Origin: an uncultured Gemmatimonadota bacterium | GTDB taxonomy: Bacteria; Gemmatimonadota; Gemmatimonadetes; Palauibacterales; Palauibacteraceae | Assembly: GCA_964607465.1 (NCBI GenBank) | Contig: CAZSKS010000001.1 | Span: 44,420 to 108,419, forward strand | Length of the DNA stretch: 64,000 bases | Direction: 5' to 3' | In this document: in pieces, positions 33,489-40,845 of the stretch | Numbering within the stretch: position 1 is the stretch's first letter | Layout: each line of letters starts with the position of its first letter | The notes under the pieces: generated by a model | Told to the model about the DNA's origin: nothing | The model's input: only the letters and a program-made list of their open reading frames with translations | Database searches by the model: none | Position numbers and translations under genes: made by a program

Positions 33489-34499
33489 CTACGGGCCGCC
33501 CGCTTCGGTCCCAACGGCGGGCCCCGGCGTGATGGCCACCCCCCAGGGGAGCTCGCCCACCGGGATCCTGGCGACCTCCTCCAGCGACTCCGTGTCGATC
33601 ACCGACACGTCGCCGCTCTGCCCGTTGGCGGAGTAGAGCCGGCTGCCGTCGGGCGTCAGGTCGATGCCCCAGGGACGCTGGCCCACCGCCACCTCGGCCA
33701 CCGTCTCCAGCGACTCGGTGTCGAAGACGACGACCCGGTCCGCCTCCCCGTCGGCCACGTACACGCGGGCTCCGTCCGGCGAGACGACGACCCCCACCGG
33801 CTTCGCGGACTGCCCCCCCTCGCCCACCAGCAGGGTCTCGACGACCTCGTGGCTCTCCACGTCCACCACCGACAGGTCGCCGCCGACCTCGCCGGACACG
33901 TAGGCGCGGGAGCCGTCCGGGGAGAAGGCCACCCCGCGCGGCCGGTTGCCCACCCGGAAGCTGCCGGCCGTCTCCCGGTTCTCGGTGTCGATGACGGTGA
34001 TGGTGTGGCTGCTCTCCGAGGTGACGTAGACCCACCGGCCGTCCGGGCTCACGCCCACCCCCTCGGGCTCGATGCCCACCTCGTAGGTCTCCGTCACCTC
34101 GCCGCTGGCGATGTCGATGGACGAGGCGGTGCCCACGTCCTCGTTGGAGACGTAGATCGTGCTGCCGTCGGGGCTCACCGCGAACTGCTCGGGGTCCGAG
34201 CCGGCGTCGATCTTCTTGAGCACCTCGTTGGTGGCCACGTCGATGACGGCGATGGCGTCCTCGTTGCTGACCGCCACGTAGATGCGGTCTCCGTCGGGGC
34301 CGGCCTGGATGCCCCGCGGCCGGTCACCCGCCGGGACCGTGGCCACCACCTCCTCGGTCACCGTGGAGATCACGCTCACGTCGTCGCCCGCCTCGTTGCT
34401 GACGTAGGCCAGCGGACCCTCGGGAATCGACTCCCCGCAGCCGAGGAGGAACAGCGATCCGAGCAGCAGCGGGGCGGTCAGCCATCTTCGGAGAGACAT
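33489..34499 (-). CDS. YVTN-repeat beta-propeller lipoprotein (PQQ-dehydrogenase-associated type)
   Basis: Lipobox LFLLGC-G. Six or seven repeats of the P.G...SPDG...YV.N.....V.VID type, and the C-terminal PWGVAI typical of the propeller genes found next to quinoprotein dehydrogenases. SD GAGGTGA precedes ATG 34499. Confidence 0.85.
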   Translation of the reverse strand: MSLRRWLTAPLLLGSLFLLGCGESIPEGPLAYVSNEAGDDVSVISTVTEEVVATVPAGDRPRGIQAGPDGDRIYVAVSNEDAIAVIDVATNEVLKKIDAGSDPEQFAVSPDGSTIYVSNEDVGTASSIDIASGEVTETYEVGIEPEGVGVSPDGRWVYVTSESSHTITVIDTENRETAGSFRVGNRPRGVAFSPDGSRAYVSGEVGGDLSVVDVESHEVVETLLVGEGGQSAKPVGVVVSPDGARVYVADGEADRVVVFDTESLETVAEVAVGQRPWGIDLTPDGSRLYSANGQSGDVSVIDTESLEEVARIPVGELPWGVAITPGPAVGTEAGGP

Positions 34500-34607
34500 C
34501 GTCGTCACCTCGTCGTCGAAGGTTCGATCTGCGTCATGGACCTCGTGTCCCGAGTTCCGGGAGACCGCACGGATCCGCTCCCGTGAGCGGGAACGGCCGG
34601 GCCCGCG

Positions 34608-35975
34608 TCAGGCGGTCGCCTCTCCCGCGCTACCGAGGCGGCAGCCCGCCTCGTCGCGGGTGCGTCCGAGCATCCCGAGGCGGTCGACCAGCTCCTGGGA
34701 GACGAACTGGTCGTCCGCGGTCACGGGCCGACCGATCACCTGGTAGGGGTCCGCCACCGAGTCGCCCACCGACGGGTGGAGCACGTACATGCCCTGGCCC
34801 ATCTGGTGGTTCCAGGGGCGGAAGGAGAGGGGGGGACCCTTGTAGCCGTCGAAGGCCACCTCCTGCTCCAGGCGCTCCACCAGGCCCCGGCCCTCCTCCC
34901 GGGGCGGCGACACCAGGAGGTCGCCCAGAAGCTTGACCGCCGTCCAGTTGGCCCAGCCCTGCGGTCCCATGGGCCGGTCGAAGGCCTCCCGGTAGCGGTT
35001 GTTCAGCTCGCGGGCCCCGAACCGGAACAGGCCGGAGTGCCACAGGCTGGGCCAGAACGCCGCCGGGGACGCTTCGTCCCCGTACCGCAGGGCGTCGGCG
35101 AAGGGGAGCGCCAGGTCTGCGCCGGAACCCTCCTCGCGATGGACCTCCAGGAGTCGGACGAGCCGCTCCCCCTTCACGATGCCCAGCACGGCCCACGGAT
35201 CGCCGGCGAGCGCCTCCCGGAGCGCCCCGGCCGGGTCCCCCTGCTCCGGATCGATCTCCGTGCTGCCCAGCAGCTCGCCACCGGCCCGCTCCAGCGTAGC
35301 CCGGGCACGGTCGTGCAGCCGGCGTCCCTGGGACGTGCCCTCGTACAGGACGTGCCAGCGCCACAGCTCCTGCCGCTGACCGATGAAGTTCACCAGCCCC
35401 TGCCTCGCCCGCCGCACGAGCCAGTGGACCGTGGCGTCCACGTACATGGTCTCGCTGGCCTGGACGTGGAACGTGGAGGGGGAGCACGCCTCCCCCCGGA
35501 AGCGGTCGGCGTCGGAGCCGACGTTCAGGAAGGGCACGCCCAGACGATCGGCCGCCTCCATGAGGACCGCGCACGCCTCGTCCCCGATCCCGCCGACGAC
35601 GGCGGAGGCCCCGCGGTCCACCAGGCGCTCGGCGCCCCGCACGGCCTCGTCCGGCGTGTCGGCGGTCTCCTCCAGGAGCTCGAAGGATCGATCCAGCAGC
35701 CGGGCTGCCCGTCCGGCGTCCTGCGCGCCCAGCCGGGCGCCCCGCAGCGCCGCGCGGCCCATGCCCCCCATCGGTCCGTCGCTCGGCGCCACGTGGCCGA
35801 CACGGATGGGGGCCTCCTGGGTCCCCGCGTCGATGCCCGCGAGGAGCTCCCGCGCGGTTCCCTCCCGGCCGACCAGGGCGCGGGCTCCCGGCAGGAAGAA
35901 GAGGGCGGACGTCGCCCCGGCCGCCGCCAGGAAGCGGCGACGGCTGAGGAGCGAGCCGGGCCTATCCTCCCTCAT
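34608..35975 (-). CDS. LivK-like periplasmic substrate-binding protein with Tat signal (PQQ-dehydrogenase-associated type)
   Basis: Tat-type signal SRRRFLAAAGATSALFFLPGARA, then IRVGHV.P..G..G......GA.LG... and a type-I periplasmic binding-protein pattern. No permease or ATPase genes are adjacent. Confidence 0.8.
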   Translation of the reverse strand: MREDRPGSLLSRRRFLAAAGATSALFFLPGARALVGREGTARELLAGIDAGTQEAPIRVGHVAPSDGPMGGMGRAALRGARLGAQDAGRAARLLDRSFELLEETADTPDEAVRGAERLVDRGASAVVGGIGDEACAVLMEAADRLGVPFLNVGSDADRFRGEACSPSTFHVQASETMYVDATVHWLVRRARQGLVNFIGQRQELWRWHVLYEGTSQGRRLHDRARATLERAGGELLGSTEIDPEQGDPAGALREALAGDPWAVLGIVKGERLVRLLEVHREEGSGADLALPFADALRYGDEASPAAFWPSLWHSGLFRFGARELNNRYREAFDRPMGPQGWANWTAVKLLGDLLVSPPREEGRGLVERLEQEVAFDGYKGPPLSFRPWNHQMGQGMYVLHPSVGDSVADPYQVIGRPVTADDQFVSQELVDRLGMLGRTRDEAGCRLGSAGEATA

Positions 35976-36810
35976 CGTCGTCCCACCGCGCCCGGTCCAC
36001 GTTCTCCGCCTCTTCCAGGCCACGGATCTCCTCCCGCCCCTTGATCGAGCGCAGGTCCGCTCCCGCCAGGTCCGCCCCCTCGAGGCGGACGCCGGAGAGG
36101 TCGGCCATCCACAGGTCCGCTCCCGAGAGGTCCGCACCCCGGAGGTCGCCCCGGACGAGGATCGCCTTCCGGAGGTTGGCGTCCGTCAGCCTCACGTTCC
36201 GGAGGTCGGCCCCGGTGAAGTTGGTGTTCATCAGGCCCATGGGCTGGTTCCCGGGATCGGCCCCGAGGTTCGCGCCGGAGAGATCCGCCCCCGTCAGCGT
36301 CGAGCCCTCGCCCGCGACGATGAGGCGCGCACCCGACAGGTTCGCCTCCGTCAGGTCGGCCTTGCGGAGGATCACCGCGTACAGGCTGGCGCCCGACAGG
36401 TCCGCCCCTCGCAGCACGACCTCGCTCAGGTTGGCCTTGTCGAGGTTGGCGTCGGAGAGGCCGGCGCCCGTGAGGTCGGCTCCGGTGAGATCCGCCCCGA
36501 ACAGGCGGGCCTCCGTCAGGTCCGCCTCCCGGAGGCGGGCGCCGGAGAGGTCGGCATGGGTGAAGTCGAGCCCCGACAGGTCGAGGCCGGAGAGGTCGAG
36601 CCCCGACAGGTCGGCGGCCTCGTTCCCGGCCGTCGCCGCGAGCCGCTCCCGGACCTCCGAGGCCGACATGTCCTGGCCGGCCAGGGCGCCCGGCCCGCCG
36701 ACGGCCGTGAGGAGCCCGGCGAGCAGCGCCCCTGCGACCGCGCCTCCACCCGCCCCCCGGCGGCGGGACCGCCGGGAGGCGACCTCGACCGGCCCGGGGC
36801 CCTGGTTCAC
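35962..36810 (-). CDS. pentapeptide-repeat protein with N-terminal export-like signal
   Basis: More than 30 consecutive A(D/N)LxG-type pentapeptides (ADLSGLDLSGLDLSGLDFTHADLSGARLREADLTEARLFGADLTGADLTGAGLSDANL...). The N-terminus is VNQGPGPVEVASRRSRRRGAGGGAVAGALLAGLLTAVGGPGALAGQD. GTG 36810 is 1 nt after the upstream stop, and the 3' end overlaps the next gene by 14 nt. Confidence 0.8.
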   Translation of the reverse strand: MNQGPGPVEVASRRSRRRGAGGGAVAGALLAGLLTAVGGPGALAGQDMSASEVRERLAATAGNEAADLSGLDLSGLDLSGLDFTHADLSGARLREADLTEARLFGADLTGADLTGAGLSDANLDKANLSEVVLRGADLSGASLYAVILRKADLTEANLSGARLIVAGEGSTLTGADLSGANLGADPGNQPMGLMNTNFTGADLRNVRLTDANLRKAILVRGDLRGADLSGADLWMADLSGVRLEGADLAGADLRSIKGREEIRGLEEAENVDRARWDDDEGG

Positions 36811-36811
36811 G

Positions 36812-38422
36812 CTACCCGTCCCGGCAGTGCGTGGCGCTGTCGACGACCGCCGCTTCGGCCCGATCGGCCCCGGGGTCCGTCGGCTCCGTGGCGGGCTCGT
36901 CGCGCTCCGACGGGGCCTCGTCACCCTCCTGCGCGGTCCGGTCCTCCTCCTGGCCCTCGTCTCCCTCGGCACCGTTCCCGTCCTCCTCGGACGGGGCCTC
37001 GTCGGCCGGCGGCGCCTCGGGTCGGCCGGCGGGCAGGCCCTCCGTCCGGGCCGCGATGTACTCGTAGATGGCGTTGGCCTTCTCGTCGTCGAGCAGCGCG
37101 TTCCAGGCCGGCATCCCCTTGTCGGGCCGCCCCTGCATGACCGTGATCGTGAAGCTGTCCTGCGTGAACCCCTCCCGGTTCACGGCCTGCAGCAGGCCCG
37201 GGGCGATGGTCGACCCCGTGCCCGCCTCGCCGTGGCAGCGGACGCAGTGGACCATGAACTGACGCCAGCCCGTGTAGACCGTCTCGCTCACCGGCGTGTC
37301 CTGCGCCGTCGCGGGCGGGGCGTGGACGAGATCGGCCGGGGAGACCGCCGCCAGCGCGCCGCCGGCGGACGGTGCCGGAGAGCCGCCCCGGGACGCCACC
37401 TCCGCCCGCGGACCGCCTCCCGCGCCGTAGGGGCTGCCGAGAGAGGCGGCGGGACCGGTGCTCCCCCGGGTGCTCTCCCGGCGCCCGTCGTCCCCGCCGG
37501 AGGCGTCCTGTCCTCCGCGCTCGATGGGCAGGAGGGGGACGTGGAATTCCTCCTCCAGGATGCGGTAGATCTCCTCCTGGTTCTCCTCGATGACCCTCTC
37601 GAGCCGGGCCTGCCACTCCCCCTCACCGCGGCGGACCCCCAGGGACATGTTGTAGGCCAGGGGGAAGCCCGTGCTGTCGTCCACCGCCGGCAGGGCCTTC
37701 ATCTCGAGTGCGACGTCCTGGCGCTGGCTCCAGTAGCCGGCCACCGGCCCCCACACGATGGCCAGCTCCACGTCACCGTTGGCCACCGCGTACACGATCT
37801 CCTTCGGCGGGCTGTCCTCGTCGTAGTCGCCGTAGACCGTGAAGCCCTTGACGTTGCTCACGATCCCCCGGGCTCCCAGCGCGTGGGCCGGCGGGGGGTT
37901 CATGTAGTCGTCCCCGATCAGGTTCACGCCGATCTGCAGGTCCCGCAGGACGGGATCGTCGAGGGAGCTCACCTCGAAATCGGCGTCGGCCCGGTAGAGG
38001 AAGACGTAGGGCGAGCGGTAGAACGGCGCGGTGGACTGGAGGATGTCGTAGCCCTCGGGCACGCCGAAGATGACGTCGCACTTGTTCTCCTTCAGCGTGT
38101 TGCGGACGAAGCCGCGGTGCTGCCGCCACCAGGTGTAGCTGACGGAGGAGAGCCCCATCTCCTCGGCGAACAACTCGGCCAGCCGGTTGTGGAATCCTTC
38201 CTCCGCCCGGTTGGAGAACGGCAGGTTGTTCGGGTCGGCGCAGACCCGCAGCTCGTCCGCCTCCTGGAGCGCCGTCGCGTTCGCGTCCGGCGTCGTCTCG
38301 GCCGCCTCGGCTGGCAGGTGCGCTCCCTGCTCCGGCATCTGTGCCACGCCCAGCCCGGAGACGATCCCCAGGACGAGGACGGCGACTCCGGCGTACAGCT
38401 TATCTCCCATGGTCGTCACCAT
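36812..38422 (-). CDS. XoxJ/MxaJ-like periplasmic binding protein fused to a C-terminal monohaem c-type cytochrome and an acidic tail
   Basis: The N-terminal domain (LRVCADPNNLPFSNRAEEGFHNRLAELFAEEMG...YTWWRQHRGFVRNTLKENKCDVIFGVPEGYD...APFYRSPYVFLY) is MoxJ-like. A roughly 75-aa Gly/Ser/Ala linker follows, then CVRCH (Cys codon 37246-37244) and KGMPAW (Met ligand), then a roughly 65-aa D/E-rich tail. It is one uninterrupted frame. The start is ATG 38422 or 38410. Confidence 0.8.
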   Translation of the reverse strand: MVTTMGDKLYAGVAVLVLGIVSGLGVAQMPEQGAHLPAEAAETTPDANATALQEADELRVCADPNNLPFSNRAEEGFHNRLAELFAEEMGLSSVSYTWWRQHRGFVRNTLKENKCDVIFGVPEGYDILQSTAPFYRSPYVFLYRADADFEVSSLDDPVLRDLQIGVNLIGDDYMNPPPAHALGARGIVSNVKGFTVYGDYDEDSPPKEIVYAVANGDVELAIVWGPVAGYWSQRQDVALEMKALPAVDDSTGFPLAYNMSLGVRRGEGEWQARLERVIEENQEEIYRILEEEFHVPLLPIERGGQDASGGDDGRRESTRGSTGPAASLGSPYGAGGGPRAEVASRGGSPAPSAGGALAAVSPADLVHAPPATAQDTPVSETVYTGWRQFMVHCVRCHGEAGTGSTIAPGLLQAVNREGFTQDSFTITVMQGRPDKGMPAWNALLDDEKANAIYEYIAARTEGLPAGRPEAPPADEAPSEEDGNGAEGDEGQEEDRTAQEGDEAPSERDEPATEPTDPGADRAEAAVVDSATHCRDG

Positions 38423-38585
38423 CTGCCTCTCGCTCTGCCTGTCGTGGAGTGATCGTGTCGTCATGAAGGTACCCGCTGCGGGCGGGTTTGCTCCGGGATG
38501 TGCCCTCCGCCCGCGGAGGCCGGTCGACCGGCCCCGGCCTTCCTCGCAATAAAGTAGTAGCTGGATGGCGGGCGTGCACACGAAA

Positions 38586-38622
38586 GCCCCCCTCGCCCAC
38601 GTTCGAGTGGCGCGAGAGGGGC
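38586..38622 (-). terminator. hairpin downstream of xoxF (partial terminator candidate)
   Basis: The minus strand has GCCCCUCUCGC, a 15-nt loop, GCGAGGGGGGC, then CUUUCG: an 11-bp stem with one G-U pair. It lies about 70 nt after the xoxF stop. Confidence 0.45.
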
Positions 38623-38694
38623 TCCGTGTGAGCCCTGCCGCCGGTCAGGAGCCGCTGATGGGCCTGCCCTGCCGGCTCAGATGCTCAGCCGCCC

Positions 38695-40557
38695 TCAGCT
38701 GCCGGGCAGCGCGAAGTCCAGCAGGATCCCGGCCTGGTTCACGTGCCGCGCCAGGTCGCCGAACGCGCCCAGCGCACCCAGTCCGGCCGTGGGATCTTCG
38801 GGCCCGATGCCCGCGGCCACGCCGATGCCGGCCCAGCCGCCGATGCCCGAGAGGATCGCCACGTGCTGCTTGCCGTCAGGCCCGATGTACGTCATCGGGT
38901 TCCCGATGAAGCCGGACGGCGCCTTGAACCGCCAGAGCGTCGTGCCGTTCTTGGCGTCCACGGCCTTGAACCAGCCGTCGAGCGTCCCGTAGAAGACCAG
39001 GCCGCCGGCGGTGGCCAGCGTGCCGCCGTAGGTGCCGACCGGCTCCTGGATCTCCCACTTGATGGTGCCGGTGGTGGCGTCCCAGGCGATGAGCCGCCCG
39101 CGGAAGCCGCCCTTGCCCGGATACATCCGGACGATGGCGCCCACGTACGGCTGACCGGCCGCGTACTGCACCTCCACACCCTCGTAGTCCATGCAGATGT
39201 TGTTGGCGGGGATGTAGAAGAGCTTGGTCTGATGCGAGTACGAGATCGGCTGCTGGTCCTTGTAGCCGATCGCGGCCGGGCAGATGCCCTCGGTGTTCTG
39301 GCCGGCGCTCGTGCCGTACTGCGGGTTCTTCATCGGCCGGCCGGACTCCATGTCGACACCGTCCGCCCAGTTGATGGGACCGTAGGGCTCGGCCACCAGC
39401 AGCTCGCCGGTCGTCCGGTCCATCGTGTAGGCGATGCCGTTCCGGTCCATGTGGACCAGCGTCTGCCGCATCTGGCCGTTGATCTCCTGGTCCACCAGCA
39501 CGGCCTCGTTGACCCCGTCGTAGTCCCACTCGTCGTGGGGCGTCTTCTGGTAGGCCCAGTGCGCGCACCCGGTGTCCGGATCGCGCGCGAACAGGGTCAT
39601 CGACCAGAGGTTGTCGCCGGGGCGCTGGTCCGGGTTCCAGGTGCCCGGGTTCCCGGTGCCGTAGTAGAAGAGGTCCAGCTCCGGGTCGTAGCTGTACCAG
39701 CCCCAGGTCGTGCCGCCGCCGCGCTGCCACTCGTCGGACGCCGGCTCCCTCCAGGTCGTCACGCCGAGGTCCTCGCCCCGCATCCAGTCGTAGGGGGCCT
39801 CGAACGTGTCGTCGCAGAGGAGCACGTCCTCGTCGGGACCGGTGCTGTAGGCGCGCCAGACCCGCTCGCCGCTCTCGACGTTGTAGGCGGTGACGTGGCC
39901 GCGGACGCCGAACTCACCGCCCGAGATGCCGGCGATGACCTTGTCCTTCACCACCAGCGGGGCGTTGGTCATCGTCTCGCCCTCGGTGTAGTCACCGTTC
40001 TGGACCTTCCAGAGGCGCTCGCCCGTCTCGGCGTCCAGCGCCAGCAGGTGACCGTCGAGGAGCTGGATGAAGAGCTTGCCGCTCGGATGCCAGGCAAGTC
40101 CCCGGTTCACCACGTCGCAGCAGGCGACCGGGATGACCTCCTCGGGCTGATCCGGTACGTAGGACCAGATGATCGGGTTCCCCGCCTGCGACAGGTCCAG
40201 CGCGTAGACCTTGTTGGGGAACGGCGTGTGGACGTACATGACGTCGTCGATCACCAGCGGCTCGCCCTCGTGCCCCCGCAGCTCTCCGGTGGAGAACGTC
40301 CAGCTGACCTGGAGCTTCTCCACGTTGTCGCGGTTGATCCGAGACAGCGGGCTCCACCGCTGCAGATCGTAGGTCCGCCCCGTGTGCACCCACTGCCCGG
40401 GGTTGTCGAACCTCATCTCGAAGGCCGCGGTCGGGTCCTGCTCGACCTGGGCCGCCGCGCTGTCTGGGGTTCCGATCGCTAGGAGAGCTAAGAAGAGGAA
40501 GGAAAGGAAGGCGGGTCCGGAGCAACGTCGACACCAGCGTGGCCATCGGCTACTCAT
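38695..40557 (-). CDS. xoxF: PQQ-dependent methanol dehydrogenase, XoxF (lanthanide) type
   Basis: Eight-bladed PQQ propeller motifs, a vicinal disulfide (PVACCDVVNRG) and PHDEWDYDGVNE, where the D-Y-D (39525-39517) carries the extra Asp that distinguishes XoxF from MxaF. Signal peptide ...FLALLAIGTPDSAAAQ. SD GGAGG lies 6 nt before ATG 40557. Confidence 0.95.
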   Translation of the reverse strand: MSSRWPRWCRRCSGPAFLSFLFLALLAIGTPDSAAAQVEQDPTAAFEMRFDNPGQWVHTGRTYDLQRWSPLSRINRDNVEKLQVSWTFSTGELRGHEGEPLVIDDVMYVHTPFPNKVYALDLSQAGNPIIWSYVPDQPEEVIPVACCDVVNRGLAWHPSGKLFIQLLDGHLLALDAETGERLWKVQNGDYTEGETMTNAPLVVKDKVIAGISGGEFGVRGHVTAYNVESGERVWRAYSTGPDEDVLLCDDTFEAPYDWMRGEDLGVTTWREPASDEWQRGGGTTWGWYSYDPELDLFYYGTGNPGTWNPDQRPGDNLWSMTLFARDPDTGCAHWAYQKTPHDEWDYDGVNEAVLVDQEINGQMRQTLVHMDRNGIAYTMDRTTGELLVAEPYGPINWADGVDMESGRPMKNPQYGTSAGQNTEGICPAAIGYKDQQPISYSHQTKLFYIPANNICMDYEGVEVQYAAGQPYVGAIVRMYPGKGGFRGRLIAWDATTGTIKWEIQEPVGTYGGTLATAGGLVFYGTLDGWFKAVDAKNGTTLWRFKAPSGFIGNPMTYIGPDGKQHVAILSGIGGWAGIGVAAGIGPEDPTAGLGALGAFGDLARHVNQAGILLDFALPGS

Positions 40558-40845
40558 GAGGGTCCTCCGGCAAAAGTTCGAGGATCGTGAGACCAGGAGA
40601 GCCCACCCCTCCCGTCCGTCTCCGACCGGCATGTGTCAAACATACCGTACGATCGTGCGGCTGACGAGCCGTCCCGACGCACCGCCCGAGTCGCCGTACG
40701 GAACCGCGGATCGGTCCGCCGCCGCTTTCACCAGCCGAGGACCGGCTGGCTTCAATCTGATCGAAAGCGTAATGATGGGGTCGAGAGATGTCAACGGCGC
40801 AGCGTTCCGCCGGACGGCCGGCCACGGAAAGGTCGACGAGATACG

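Noticed and set aside
36565-36614. Near-perfect tandem 15/30-nt DNA repeats (GTCGAGCCCCGACAGGTCGAGGCCGGAGAG...) that at first looked like a VNTR or mini-array.
   Set aside because: They lie inside the pentapeptide-repeat CDS and simply encode consecutive DLSGL units. They have no spacer/repeat architecture of a CRISPR.
37290-37520. Possibility that the cytochrome c domain is a separate gene (xoxG) starting inside the linker.
   Set aside because: There is no stop codon between the domains, no ATG in the linker, and the only in-frame GTG is not followed by a hydrophobic signal peptide. I kept it as a fusion but flagged that a sequencing or assembly check is needed.
38596-38612. GTTCGAG T-loop-like motif suggesting a tRNA. 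I also scanned the other intergenic regions (6448-6798, 32670-32939, 40558-40845, 47642-47817, 50202-50422) for tRNA or sRNA signatures.
   Set aside because: The motif is the loop of the hairpin after xoxF. No acceptor, D or anticodon arms can be drawn. I could identify no tRNA-like cloverleaf in any intergenic region.
38423-38694. Search for a pqqA-like peptide gene (E-x-x-x-Y core) or a lanmodulin-like small EF-hand protein near xoxF.
   Set aside because: No small ORF with an SD and the expected motifs was found in any frame of the xoxF-flanking spacers.
40633-40845. 71-codon 5' extension of pabB (ORF track start 40633). Similar long 5' extensions occur on xoxF (40632), the TBDR-1 frame (28651), mfnB (46280) and the SusC/SusD genes.
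   Set aside because: The extensions are Arg/Pro-rich and lack SD sequences. They precede internal ATG/GTG codons with good SDs followed by signal peptides or conserved family N-termini.
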